Source: Vulcanimicrobiota bacterium | GTDB taxonomy: Bacteria > Vulcanimicrobiota > Vulcanimicrobiia > Vulcanimicrobiales > Vulcanimicrobiaceae | DNA: 64,000 nucleotides | Reading direction: 5' to 3' | Assembly (NCBI GenBank): GCA_963786105.1 | Contig: CAWAXX010000018.1 | Location: 32,001 to 96,000 of the forward strand | Part shown: positions 29,323-39,163 of the stretch, one piece after another | Position numbering within the stretch: position 1 is the first letter of the stretch | Layout: each line of letters starts with the position of its first letter | The notes under the pieces: generated by a model | What the model was told of the DNA's origin: nothing | The model's database searches: none | The model's input: only the letters and a program-made list of their open reading frames with translations | Translations under genes and position numbers: made by a program

Positions 29323-30099
29323 CTACTTTCCTCCGAAGAGCAAGAACGACAGAACGAAGTTCGAGATGAAGATCAAAATGATCGACAGCACCACCGAACC
29401 GGTGGTCGACTGCCCCACGCCGGCGGCGCCGCCGCGCGTCGACAGCCCTTGATAAGCCCCCACCATCGCAATAATGCACGCGAAGACCAGCGACTTCGCA
29501 AGGCCTTTGAGTACGTCCTCGAAGCCGACCGCCTGGCGCGCCGCGGAAAGAAACGTATCCGGCGAAATGTGGGCGTACGTTTGCGCGATCCACATTCCGC
29601 CGCCAATCGAAACGACGTCGGCGAAGATCGTTAGCAGCGGCAGCATGACCAGCATCGCCGTCAACCGCGGCACCACTAAGAACCGCGAGGGCTCGAGCCC
29701 CAACGAACGCAGCGCTTCGATCTGCTCGGTGACCACCATCGAGCCGAGCTCGGCAGCGATGGCCGCGCCGACGCGCCCGGCTACCACCACCGCCGTTAGC
29801 ATCGGCCCCAATTCGCGAACCGAGGCGTAAGCCACCGCCGCGCCGACCAGGCTCCCGACGCCGTATTGCACGGCTTGCTGCGCCGACTCCAGCGAGATCA
29901 CGGCGCCGGTGAACAGCGACGTCAGCAGCACGATGATGAGCGACTGCACGCCGAGCAGATAGCTCTGCGACACCGTTTCGACGAAGCGGATCCGTAGGCG
30001 AACGATGAAGCCGGCCGACTCGGCCGACAGCAGCGTCAGACCGCCGGCATATTCAAAGAAGTTCTGGGTCGCGCGCCCGACCCGGTCGAGCATCTTCAC
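29323..30099 (-). CDS. mlaE: MlaE ABC permease
   Basis: RELGP, GRVGAAIAAELGSM.VTEQIEAL, GGAAGVG. Confidence 0.93.
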   Translation of the reverse strand: MKMLDRVGRATQNFFEYAGGLTLLSAESAGFIVRLRIRFVETVSQSYLLGVQSLIIVLLTSLFTGAVISLESAQQAVQYGVGSLVGAAVAYASVRELGPMLTAVVVAGRVGAAIAAELGSMVVTEQIEALRSLGLEPSRFLVVPRLTAMLVMLPLLTIFADVVSIGGGMWIAQTYAHISPDTFLSAARQAVGFEDVLKGLAKSLVFACIIAMVGAYQGLSTRGGAAGVGQSTTGSVVLSIILIFISNFVLSFLLFGGK

Positions 30100-30440
30100 G
30101 ATGGAGCCCGCCCCGCGATCGCATCGAGTTCGCGTAGAACTCCATCGGTGGCCTCAATGCGTTTAGCCGCAACGCCGCGTTCGGCCGTGAGGTTGAACTG
30201 CACTTGATTGAGATGGACCAGCCGCCGGTCGACGTCGCGCAAATGCGCGCGTGCTTCGCGACCGAAGGCCTCGAAATAGCGCCTTACCGCACTCAAATAG
30301 GCTTCGCGGGTGGGCGGATCGACGTCGCCGGCCTCGATCGCGCGCTCGACGTCGCGCTGCGCACGCTTCATGGCGCGGTCGGTAATGTGAAAAGCGCCGA
30401 CGCGCGCCGCTAACTCGGCCACGCGCGGCTCAATCGGCAT
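30096..30440 (-). CDS. Hypothetical helical protein
   Basis: 114 aa; overlaps both the rph stop and the mlaE start. Confidence 0.65.
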   Translation of the reverse strand: MPIEPRVAELAARVGAFHITDRAMKRAQRDVERAIEAGDVDPPTREAYLSAVRRYFEAFGREARAHLRDVDRRLVHLNQVQFNLTAERGVAAKRIEATDGVLRELDAIAGRAPS

Positions 30441-31170
30441 GCGCTGCAGCCGTCTCGGCTAAAACACCGCTCTGCAGCTCGAACAGCTTTTGTATTCCGC
30501 TCGCCGCCAGACCCAAGAGCGAGTCGAGGTCGCGACGATCGAACGGTGCCGCTTCGGCCGTTCCCTGCAGTTCGACAAAACGGCCCGCGTCGGTCATGAA
30601 GACGTTCATGTCGACGTGCGCGCGGCTGTCTTCGTCGTAGGCGAGATCGAGAATCGCGTGCCCGTCGACGATGCCGACACTGGTAGCTGCCACCGCTCCC
30701 GTGAGGGGCCAGCGCGCGCGATCGCTCTCGTCGAAAAGCGTGCGCAGCGCGAGCGCTAGCGCAACGTACGCACCCGTTACGGCCGCGGTTCGCGTACCGC
30801 CGTCGGCCTGCAACACGTCGCAATCGATCCACAGCGTGCGTTCTCCCAGTTTCGCCGTGTCGGTTACCGCTCGCAGCGCGCGACCGATGATGCGCTGGAT
30901 CTCGTGCGTTCGTCCGCCCAGGCGCCCCTTGGTGGCCTCTCGCTGCGTGCGATCCTGGGTGGCGCGAGGGAGCATGGCGTACTCGGCCGTCACCCATCCT
31001 AGGCCACGGCCTTTCATCCAGGGCGGCACTCGATCTTCCACGGTCGCCGCGCACAGCACGCGGGTATTCCCAACGCTTATAAGCACGCTGCCTTCGGCGT
31101 ATTTCAAGAACCCGGGCTCGATTTTCACCGTCCGAAGCTCGTCCGGCCGCCGCCCGTCGCTGCGAATCAT
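30430..31170 (-). CDS. rph: Ribonuclease PH
   Basis: [37 protein letters not shown]. Confidence 0.96.
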   Translation of the reverse strand: MIRSDGRRPDELRTVKIEPGFLKYAEGSVLISVGNTRVLCAATVEDRVPPWMKGRGLGWVTAEYAMLPRATQDRTQREATKGRLGGRTHEIQRIIGRALRAVTDTAKLGERTLWIDCDVLQADGGTRTAAVTGAYVALALALRTLFDESDRARWPLTGAVAATSVGIVDGHAILDLAYDEDSRAHVDMNVFMTDAGRFVELQGTAEAAPFDRRDLDSLLGLAASGIQKLFELQSGVLAETAAAHAD

Positions 31171-31256
31171 ATCGCAGCGCAGTTATTGCCGCGCCGTCAC
31201 GATTCCTATTCCGAGCGCGACGACTCGTCTTCGACGTAACGGTCGATGAGGCGTCC

Positions 31257-33113
31257 CTACTCTACCGTGACGGTTTTGGCGAGATTTCGTGGTTGGTCGA
31301 CGTCTTTGCCTTCGATATCCGCAATGTGGTAGGCCAGGAGCTGCAACGGTATGACGTTGACGATCGGCGAGAGCAACTCGTCGACCTTGGGCACCCAAAA
31401 GACGCGATCGGCGACCACTTTGGCTTCCTCGTCGCCGTGATTGGCGACGACGAATATCGGCGCTTCGCGCGCCTTCGACTCCATGAGGTTTGAGAGCATC
31501 TTCTCGCGGACGCGGTCGTCGGTCATAATGCCGATGACCGGCACGCTCGAATCGAGCAGCGCGATGGGACCGTGCTTCATTTCACCGGCCGGATAGCCCT
31601 CGGCATGGATATAGGAAATCTCCTTGAGCTTGAGGGCGCCCTCGAGGGCGGTTGGAAAGTTCACATAACGCCCGAGGAAGAGAATGCTGTTCGACTTGCG
31701 GATGCTTCGGGCAGCCTTGCGAATCTCGTCGGACGTATCGAGCACGACATCGACTGCCGCCGGCAGGAGTTTCGTGCCGTCGGCGATTTCGCGCAGGCGG
31801 CGAGCGTCGGCAGTACCGCGCAGCTTCGCCATATACAGTGCGAACAGCGTCATCACCGTTACCTGCGAAACGTAGGTCTTGGTGGCCGCCACGCCGATTT
31901 CGGGACCTCCGCGCGTATATAGCGTCCCGTCGGCCAGGCGGCTGAGATGGGAGCCCAGTACGTTGCACATGCCGAGTATCGCGCTGCCCTTTTGCTTGGC
32001 AATGCGCACGGCCTCGATCGTGTCGGCGGTTTCCCCCGATTGCGACATGGCGATCACCAGCGCGGTCGGATCGATGACCGGGTCGCCGTAGCGAAACTCG
32101 CTGGCAAGTTCCATCTCGACGGGCAAGTGGACGAGCGAGCGCAACAGATACATCCCCACCAGGCCGGCGTGATACGCGCTTCCGCAGCCGGTGATCGCGA
32201 TTTTACTGATGTTGCGAAGCGCGTCGGCCGAAATGTCTCCCATCTCGCGGCCTAGGTGAACGTCGCCACGTTCGTCGATTCTGCCGGCCAGCGTTTCCTT
32301 GATGACGTTGGGCTGCTCGAAGATTTCCTTGAGCATGAAGTGCTTGAAGCCGCTCTTTTCAGCCGATCCGGCATCCCACGTCACCGCAATCGGGTCACGT
32401 TCGATAGTTTTTCCACCGTAGTCGCTGAGCTCGTAACCGTCGCGCCCGATGACCGCGATTTCGCCTTCTTGCAAGATGACCTCTTTGCGCGTGTAGGGCA
32501 GGATCGCCGGCGTATCCGAGGCGACGTACATTTCACCGTCGCCGATGCCGATTACCAACGGGCTCGCGCCGTTGCGAGCGAATACCAAATGGTCCGGGTC
32601 GTCGCTCGAAATCACCCCGAGCGCGTAGGCGCCGCGCACTTCGTGCAACGTCGCGCGCACCGCATCGACCAGACGCGCGGCACCGCCGGCTTCCTTATAG
32701 TGCATCTCGACCAAATGCGCTAGCACTTCGGTGTCGGTTTCGCTGGCAAACGCGTGTCCGGCGGCGATCAGTTGGGTCCGTAACGAGGTGTAGTTCTCGA
32801 TGATGCCGTTGTGAACGACGGCAATGGTGCCGCCGCAGTCCATATGTGGATGGGCGTTGGCATCGGAAGGCCGGCCGTGGGTCGCCCATCGCGTGTGCCC
32901 GACGCCGACCGCCCCGGCCAGCGGCTCGCCGTTGCTCAAACGCTCCGCCAATCGGGAGAGTTTGCCTTCTGCTTTCGACCCGCAAAGGGTCCCGTCCGAA
33001 TCGATGACGGCGATGCCGGCGCTATCGTAGCCGCGATACTCCAACCGTCGCAACGAGTCGAGGATGATGGGAACGCTATTCTGAGTCCCGATGTAGCCGA
33101 CGATTCCGCACAT
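31257..33113 (-). CDS. glmS: Glutamine--fructose-6-phosphate transaminase
   Basis: MCGIVG, LEYRGYDSAG, GHTRWATHG, SQSGETAD, QPRNLAKTVTVE. Confidence 0.97.
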   Translation of the reverse strand: MCGIVGYIGTQNSVPIILDSLRRLEYRGYDSAGIAVIDSDGTLCGSKAEGKLSRLAERLSNGEPLAGAVGVGHTRWATHGRPSDANAHPHMDCGGTIAVVHNGIIENYTSLRTQLIAAGHAFASETDTEVLAHLVEMHYKEAGGAARLVDAVRATLHEVRGAYALGVISSDDPDHLVFARNGASPLVIGIGDGEMYVASDTPAILPYTRKEVILQEGEIAVIGRDGYELSDYGGKTIERDPIAVTWDAGSAEKSGFKHFMLKEIFEQPNVIKETLAGRIDERGDVHLGREMGDISADALRNISKIAITGCGSAYHAGLVGMYLLRSLVHLPVEMELASEFRYGDPVIDPTALVIAMSQSGETADTIEAVRIAKQKGSAILGMCNVLGSHLSRLADGTLYTRGGPEIGVAATKTYVSQVTVMTLFALYMAKLRGTADARRLREIADGTKLLPAAVDVVLDTSDEIRKAARSIRKSNSILFLGRYVNFPTALEGALKLKEISYIHAEGYPAGEMKHGPIALLDSSVPVIGIMTDDRVREKMLSNLMESKAREAPIFVVANHGDEEAKVVADRVFWVPKVDELLSPIVNVIPLQLLAYHIADIEGKDVDQPRNLAKTVTVE

Positions 33114-33139
33114 GGTTCGTGAACCTTACCGGAGCGAGG

Positions 33140-33412
33140 TTACTTGATTCCTTCGCGCGTGCGATGGTACGAAATCTTTCCCTCGGCGATTTCGTCCAGC
33201 GCGATCGAAACGGCCTTATTCGGGTTTATCGAATCCTTGTCGACCAGCGGCTCGCTTGCAAAGAATTCGCGGCGGTCGGCAGGCGGGAGCTGGGCAACGC
33301 GAATCCAGTTATTCAACTGGCGAGCGCGTTTGGTGACAATGTTGACGAGGCTGAACTTGGAATCGGCGTGTACGAGTAGTTTGTCCAAGTCGCCGAAAAC
33401 GGATTTTGGCAT
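33140..33412 (-). CDS. rpoZ: RNA polymerase omega subunit
   Basis: SKFSLV...KRARQL, K.VSIALDEI..GKI; follows gmk. Confidence 0.9.
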   Translation of the reverse strand: MPKSVFGDLDKLLVHADSKFSLVNIVTKRARQLNNWIRVAQLPPADRREFFASEPLVDKDSINPNKAVSIALDEIAEGKISYHRTREGIK

Positions 33413-33414
33413 AG

Positions 33415-34035
33415 TTACGATGATTGCACTTTCTCAATTGAGTCGTTGGTGTAGCGATGAATCCTGAAGCGTTCGGCGTGCAGGATTGCCTGCAGATCGC
33501 GGACCGCTTCTTCATGACGATCTTGTTCGTTGATCAGTAGATAGTCGAACTTCCGAACGAACGCCATTTCCTGATGGCCGATCTCGAGCCGGCGCGCGAT
33601 CTCCGCGTTCGTCTCGGTTCGCCGAGCGAGCAAGCGTTCGCGCAGATGCGAGAACCGGTCCGGCACTACGAAGATCAGTACCGCATCGGGGTAGGCCGCC
33701 TTCACGGCCAGGGCGCCGTTGACTTCGGGCTTGAGGATCACGTCATCACCCTCGGCCAGACTCCGCTCGATGTAATCGCGCGGAGTGCCGTAAAGGTTGC
33801 CGCCGTACTCCTTCGTTTCGAGCAGCGCGCCCGCCGCTAAACGGCGTTCGAACTCCTGACGTGTAAGGAAGAAATAATGCTCCCCGTCTCGTTCGCCCGC
33901 TCGGGGGTCCCGGGTGGTCGCCGAGATCGAATAACGCAGCCGGGGCATTCGTTGCACGAGCGCCTCGACCAAGGTGTCCTTACCGGCACCCGAGGGGCCC
34001 GAGATCACGAAGAGCAAACCAGGCCCGGCGATCAC
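33415..34035 (-). CDS. gmk: Guanylate kinase
   Basis: SGPSGAGK, SISATTR.PR.GE.DG..YFF, YGT. Confidence 0.95.
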   Translation of the reverse strand: MIAGPGLLFVISGPSGAGKDTLVEALVQRMPRLRYSISATTRDPRAGERDGEHYFFLTRQEFERRLAAGALLETKEYGGNLYGTPRDYIERSLAEGDDVILKPEVNGALAVKAAYPDAVLIFVVPDRFSHLRERLLARRTETNAEIARRLEIGHQEMAFVRKFDYLLINEQDRHEEAVRDLQAILHAERFRIHRYTNDSIEKVQSS

Positions 34036-34089
34036 GCGAACTCCACGCTGAAGCAGGCCCTATCAGTTCATAACGAAGGGACGGTTAAC

Positions 34090-35619
34090 CTGGTTACGGA
34101 TTGGGTGCTCATCCGGCGGCTCGCCCACGAGCTCGAGCGGCGTCTGCGCGGCGGGCGCGTGACCGACGCGGGCCTTCTTCCGGACGGACGGGTCGCTCTC
34201 GCGGTGCGCAGCCGCGGGTCTGGGGTCTTGTTGGCCGTGGACGCCTTCGCCTCGCCCCCGCTGGTGACGCTCGAAGACGGCGAGTTGGGCATCGCCGCCG
34301 AGCCCGGGTTCGTCCGAGCCATGGCGGCGGCGTTGCGGGGGACGGTCCTCTCGGCGGTGCGGGCGCGGCGCGGCGACCGGTTGCTCCGCCTGACCTTTTC
34401 CTCGCGTTCCCGCTTCGGCGTGGACGATCAAGTGGAACTCTACGTCGAACTGGTGCCGCGCTTCGGCAACCTCGTCCTCGTAAAGCGCGACCGGGTAGTG
34501 GCGGCGGCTAAGGAGTTCTCGCTGGCCGAAAACGGGCGGCGCGCAGTCCAGGCCGGTTTGACGTACGCGCTGCCCCCGCTGCCTGCGACCAGTTCGCTCG
34601 TTCCCAAACTGGTAGCCCAGAGCGGCGTCGACCAGGCGGACTTCCTCGCGTTTGCCGAAGGCGATGCGGCTCTGCACGATGCGCTCTATGTGTACCGCCG
34701 CGACGGACTCGTCGTCCAAACCCACCTGGTGCCCCTAACGGCCTTCGTCGACGCAGCGTCTACGCGGCAGCCGTCGCTCTTGGAGGTTCTGGCTGAAGTC
34801 CGTGCCCAGGAAATCGGCCTGCGTGACCGCGAGCGCACCGCCCGCCGGCGTCACGCGGCGGCCAAGCGACTCGCCGAGCGCGAACGAAAGCTCGGCGACG
34901 AACTCGACGCGCTGGCGGCCACACGAGTGCGCGCGAGCGACCGCGACGCGCTGCGCGTGGAAGGCGACGCCATTTTTGCCGGCTTGCACGAACTTCCCGA
35001 AAACGAGCGGGACGCCGCCAAGGACCGGGCGACCAAGCTTTTCGCGCGTTATAAGAAACTCGGGGCGGCGCTGCCCCACGTCGATCGGCGCGAACGGGAA
35101 GTCCGCGCCGCCTTGGCTGCCGTCGAAGAGTTCCGTTGGGAAGCCGAGCGGGTCGCGGCCGAGGACGTGGGCGATCTCGAAGCGGCGATCGATCAGCTCG
35201 ACGGTCGCGGATCGCGCCGCGCGCGAGCGGCCGGCAGCTCGCGCAAGGGCAAGCGTGGCCTGCTGGAGTTCCGAACCTCCGGTGGTTCGCGCATCGTCGT
35301 TGGGCGCTCGCCCGGCGAAAATGCCGAGGTAACGTTTCGAATCGCACGCCCGAACGATTTGTGGTTTCATGCTCAAGGAACTCCCGGCGCGCACGTCATT
35401 CTCGCGCGCGACGATCGCGGCGAACCGCCGCCCGAGGATATCGAAGCCGCCGCGTCACTCGCGGCGCACTATTCTAAAGCGAAAGGCAGCGCCCGGGTTC
35501 CGGTCGACTATACCTTGCGCAAGCACGTGCGCAAGCAGCGCGACGCGCCTCCCGGACTCGTCTGGTATACGAATCCCAAAACCATTACGACCGCCCCACG
35601 CGACGCCGTGTCATCGTGA
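34090..35619 (+). CDS. NFACT/RqcH (FbpA-like) protein; probable CTG start
   Basis: GDRLL, NLVL, VGRS..EN, DLWFHA...PGAHV, AAHYSKA, VDYT..KHVRK, PPG.V.Y. Confidence 0.85.
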   Translation: MVTDWVLIRRLAHELERRLRGGRVTDAGLLPDGRVALAVRSRGSGVLLAVDAFASPPLVTLEDGELGIAAEPGFVRAMAAALRGTVLSAVRARRGDRLLRLTFSSRSRFGVDDQVELYVELVPRFGNLVLVKRDRVVAAAKEFSLAENGRRAVQAGLTYALPPLPATSSLVPKLVAQSGVDQADFLAFAEGDAALHDALYVYRRDGLVVQTHLVPLTAFVDAASTRQPSLLEVLAEVRAQEIGLRDRERTARRRHAAAKRLAERERKLGDELDALAATRVRASDRDALRVEGDAIFAGLHELPENERDAAKDRATKLFARYKKLGAALPHVDRREREVRAALAAVEEFRWEAERVAAEDVGDLEAAIDQLDGRGSRRARAAGSSRKGKRGLLEFRTSGGSRIVVGRSPGENAEVTFRIARPNDLWFHAQGTPGAHVILARDDRGEPPPEDIEAAASLAAHYSKAKGSARVPVDYTLRKHVRKQRDAPPGLVWYTNPKTITTAPRDAVSS

Positions 35620-35705
35620 ACAAGTGTCAGCGGGCGAAGGACGCGCCCACCTCAAGAGCGCAAGGAAGCGTCAAACTCGTGCATATCTAGGGAGGGAGCT
35701 CAAAC

Positions 35706-35816
35706 GTGAAAAATCCGCTGGATTCGCTGTGGGGCACCATCATCTGCGGCGTCATACTGACGGGCGTCCTATACTATCTCGCAAAACTGCTCATAGCCTC
35801 GGGAACAGGTGCATGA
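35706..35816 (+). CDS. 36-aa single-TM small protein (not in the ORF track)
   Basis: Strong SD AGGGAGGGAG, GTG start, MKNPLDSLWGTIICGVILTGVLYYLAKLLIASGTGA, ATGA overlap with the next gene. Confidence 0.75.
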   Translation: MKNPLDSLWGTIICGVILTGVLYYLAKLLIASGTGA

Positions 35817-36340
35817 TGCTGGATGATGCTTTGCGCGATGCGATTTTTCGTTGGCTCCACGTCTTGGCCGGCATCATGTGGATCGGCCTGCTCTATTACT
35901 TCAACTTCGTGAACGTCGCCGCGGTCAAAGCGGCGACCGCCGCCGGCGAGGCGGCTCCGATTTCCAAGTACGTCATGCCGCGCGCGCTGCTCTTTTTCCG
36001 CTGGGGAGCGGTGGTCACGTGGCTGTTCGGCGCGGCGCTGCTGGGAGGCGGAAGCATGCCGACCGTCAACGGCATGAACGGTTTCGTGGCCGCATTCTTG
36101 CTACAGGGGAGCATGGCGCCGATCGGCATCGGCGCGTGGCTGGGAACGATCATGCTGATCAACGTCTGGACCTTCATCTGGATGAACCAGAAGAAAATTC
36201 TGGGCATCGTTCCGGCCACCGACGAACAGAAAGTCAAGGCGCGCCGGGTGGCCTTCCTAGCATCCCGCGTGAACACCATGCTCTCGATCCCAATGCTGTT
36301 CTTCATGGTGACCGGACCCCACCAGCCGATCTTCCACTAG
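35813..36340 (+). CDS. PuuD/urate-oxidase N-terminal-like membrane protein
   Basis: RWLHVLAGIMWIGLLYYFNFV, FRWGA, G.IM..NVW..IW.NQKK, SRVNT.LS.PMLFFM. Confidence 0.8.
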   Translation: MMLDDALRDAIFRWLHVLAGIMWIGLLYYFNFVNVAAVKAATAAGEAAPISKYVMPRALLFFRWGAVVTWLFGAALLGGGSMPTVNGMNGFVAAFLLQGSMAPIGIGAWLGTIMLINVWTFIWMNQKKILGIVPATDEQKVKARRVAFLASRVNTMLSIPMLFFMVTGPHQPIFH

Positions 36341-36366
36341 CACTCCATCTGTATCGCGTAGCGACG

Positions 36367-36406
36367 CCCTTCGACTGCGGCGCTTCGCGCCTCCGCTCAG
36401 GATGAC
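36367..36406 (-). repeat. REP-like palindromic repeat GTCATCCTGAGC..GCAGTCGAAGG
   Basis: Shares both ends with copies at 42971-43046 and 63048-63087; internal hairpin GGCGC-GAA-GCGCC. Confidence 0.8.
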
Positions 36407-36413
36407 AACTGGA

Positions 36414-37394
36414 TTACGGCGTAAGGACGATCGTGCCGACGTGAACGCCCGACTCGAGCCGAGCGTGCGCGTCGGCGGCGCGTTCGAATGGATATGTCGA
36501 GTCGACCACCGGGACGATCGCGGTGCGTGAAGGCAATAGCGGCCAGATACGCTCGCGCAGGCGTTCGGCAATGGCCGACTTTTGGGAAGCGGAGCGGGGA
36601 CGCAGGCTCGAGCCCAGCACGGTTGCGCGCCTGTGCAGCACGACGCCGAGGTCGATTTCTGCCGTCCGTCCCCGCTGGGTTGCGAGGCACGCCACGCGAC
36701 CATCGAGCGCGAGACACGCAAGATCGCGCGCGATATAGTCGCCGCCGACGATGTCGAGCACCACATTGACGCCGCGGCCTTGCGTGATGCGCATCACTTC
36801 GGCGACGAAATCGTAGCGGCGGTAGTTTATCGCCGCAACGGCGCCCAGCTTCACGCAGGCTTCGCACTTTTGGTCGGTGCCGGCCGTTGCGATGACGCGC
36901 GCGCCGAGCGCCGTCGAAAACATGATCGCGGTCGTTCCGATCCCGCTCGTGCCGCCATGAACCAAGATGGTTTCTCCCGGCTGCAACTTCGCCCTCGAAA
37001 AGACGCTGTCGTATACGGTAAAGGCGTTTTCCGGAAGGGTTGCTGCTTCAACTGCGCTCCAGCCGTCGGGAATAGGCAGCACTTGGCCTTGCGGAACGAC
37101 CGCGAATTCCGCATAGCCGCCGCCGGCGCACAGCGCGCAGACGCGATCGCCGCGCCGCCACCGGGTCACGTCCGGGCCGGTCTTCCGTACGGTTCCGGCA
37201 ACCTCGAGCCCGAGCACCGGGGAAGCGCCCTCCGGCGGGGGATAGAGCCCGCGCCGCTGCAGCACGTCGGCGCGGGAAACGCCCGCGGCCTCCACGGCAA
37301 TGAGTACGTCCCCCGCTCCGGGTTTCGGTACCGGCATCTCGGCGACGTGAAGAACGTCCGCCTCGCCGGGCCGATCGTACGCAACGTATTTCAC
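36414..37394 (-). CDS. NAD(P)H-quinone oxidoreductase (PIG3/zeta-crystallin family)
   Basis: G.YPPP.GAS..LGLEVAG, GGGYAE, HGGTSGIG; GTGA overlap with the cyclase stop. Confidence 0.92.
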   Translation of the reverse strand: MKYVAYDRPGEADVLHVAEMPVPKPGAGDVLIAVEAAGVSRADVLQRRGLYPPPEGASPVLGLEVAGTVRKTGPDVTRWRRGDRVCALCAGGGYAEFAVVPQGQVLPIPDGWSAVEAATLPENAFTVYDSVFSRAKLQPGETILVHGGTSGIGTTAIMFSTALGARVIATAGTDQKCEACVKLGAVAAINYRRYDFVAEVMRITQGRGVNVVLDIVGGDYIARDLACLALDGRVACLATQRGRTAEIDLGVVLHRRATVLGSSLRPRSASQKSAIAERLRERIWPLLPSRTAIVPVVDSTYPFERAADAHARLESGVHVGTIVLTP

Positions 37395-39163
37395 GTGAAG
37401 ATGCGGACCACGTCGATGCGTTGGGGAAAACCTTTGATTTCGAGCGTCTCGTTGGCGACGGCGGTCGACAGCCCACGCAAACGCGCGGCGATCGCCGGAC
37501 GCTCGGCCACGGTGCGGGCCAACGTCACCTCGCCCACACCGGCGAGCTTCTGCAGTCGCGCAGCGAGATTCACCGTCGTTCCGAAATAGTCGATGCGTTC
37601 GTTGGCGCGCATTGCGATACACGGCCCGACGTGAAAGCCGACGCGCAGCCGCAGCGGCTGGCCGGCGGCCGTGATGGTTTGAACCCGGGCGTCGAGATCG
37701 AGCGCCGCTTCGAGGCAGCGCACCGGATCGGTAAAGGCCGCCATGACGGCGTCGCCGATCGTCTTCACGATGCTTCCTTCGTGTTTTGCCACCGTCTCGC
37801 GCATGACGTCGAAGTGGTTGGTGACGATGCGAAATGCGGGCGCGTCTCCGGTTTTCGAATAGATAGCCGTCGATCCCACGACGTCGGTAAATAAGACCGC
37901 CAGCGTTTCGATGCCGAGGTCGAGCCCCGGCGCCAACACTTCGGAGGAAAACAAATCCCGGAACTCTTGGAGCGCGGTGACGGCGGCCGCCGTCGCGATC
38001 GTATCCGGCCAGCGTCCGTTTTCGATGCGGACCACGGCTTGGTGAGCGCTCTCGTTGACGATCCGCACGCGCACGTTGCCGCTGCCCACCGAAGGCCCCA
38101 CCTCGACCCTCCCGTCGGAGCGGACGGCGGCCGTGAGATCGTGGGTGCGTTCGTCGTCGCTCGCAACGAATGCGGCGGCCGTGCCGGTGACGTTGAGCTG
38201 ATAGTTGCCCCGTGCGAGAGCGAGCGAAACCTCGCGCTCTGCGTGCGGTGCAATCGTCGTCTGGACGTAGACGTGCGGGCTACGGTGTGGATTGGCGATG
38301 CAGAATAACCCGGATTCCGTACCGCGTCCGAGCGGCCGCGCGTCGAACGTCACCTCGACCGAGCGATCGAACGCAGCGTCGAAGGGCAAGTTGCAGGATA
38401 CGCAGTGATAGCCGCGGTGCAACTGCGCGAGCGAGTCGATGCCCGGACTGGGACCCCGGCAGCCCGGGCAGAGCACGCTCCAGCGCAGATTGAATAATCC
38501 GTGGCGCGTCGCCGTCAGGAATGCCGACAGGATCGTGCGCCGCGACATCTTCCACGCATCGGCAAGTTCGTAGGGACGGATGCGCTGCAATTCGCGGTCT
38601 TCGGCTCCGTCCACGAAGGCGGCGAGCCGCGCGACGACTTCTGCGCCGATGCCCGCGTCGCGCAGCACCTGCCACGGTCCGGCGTCGGCACTCGCCGATG
38701 GGATTGACGTGGCTTGGTTTCGGCGGGCCAGCGTTGCGGCTAAGCGAAAGGCGCGATTCGCACCGCGCTTGCCGTGCGCGGCCAGCAACGGCAGCAACGG
38801 TGCACCGAGCGGCGACGACGCTTGCAGCTCCACGTCGACCACGACGCGGGTGCGATCGGCGCCGAGGCTTTGGAGCGCGGTACGGTTGAAAAAACGCGCC
38901 AGCGGTCCGTGGCGATAGATGCGCTCCACTTCGAAGAACGACGGCACCTGCCAGATCGTCGGCCGCTCCTCCCACTCCACCCGAATCGGACCCTGCGCGA
39001 ACGACGCAATCCGGCGCGTCCCGCCCTCAGGTAACGATTCGTACCGCGCCGCAATGCGCGGGAGCCCGGCGTGGCTATTGACCCAGTCGGTGTCGGCCAG
39101 ATATTGCCACAAACGGTCGCGCGGCGCGTCGAGTTCCCACGTCCAGCGCTGCCGAAGACTCAC
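37391..39163 (-). CDS. Class III adenylate/guanylate cyclase with SRPBCC-like and DUF5939-like N-terminal domains
   Basis: FTDVVGST, VKTIGDAVMA, DYFGTTVNLAARL; CPGC and CVSC in the middle domain. Confidence 0.88.
   Translation of the reverse strand: MSLRQRWTWELDAPRDRLWQYLADTDWVNSHAGLPRIAARYESLPEGGTRRIASFAQGPIRVEWEERPTIWQVPSFFEVERIYRHGPLARFFNRTALQSLGADRTRVVVDVELQASSPLGAPLLPLLAAHGKRGANRAFRLAATLARRNQATSIPSASADAGPWQVLRDAGIGAEVVARLAAFVDGAEDRELQRIRPYELADAWKMSRRTILSAFLTATRHGLFNLRWSVLCPGCRGPSPGIDSLAQLHRGYHCVSCNLPFDAAFDRSVEVTFDARPLGRGTESGLFCIANPHRSPHVYVQTTIAPHAEREVSLALARGNYQLNVTGTAAAFVASDDERTHDLTAAVRSDGRVEVGPSVGSGNVRVRIVNESAHQAVVRIENGRWPDTIATAAAVTALQEFRDLFSSEVLAPGLDLGIETLAVLFTDVVGSTAIYSKTGDAPAFRIVTNHFDVMRETVAKHEGSIVKTIGDAVMAAFTDPVRCLEAALDLDARVQTITAAGQPLRLRVGFHVGPCIAMRANERIDYFGTTVNLAARLQKLAGVGEVTLARTVAERPAIAARLRGLSTAVANETLEIKGFPQRIDVVRIFT

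Noticed and set aside
33114..33139. glmS ribozyme
   Set aside because: Only 26 bp separate rpoZ and glmS
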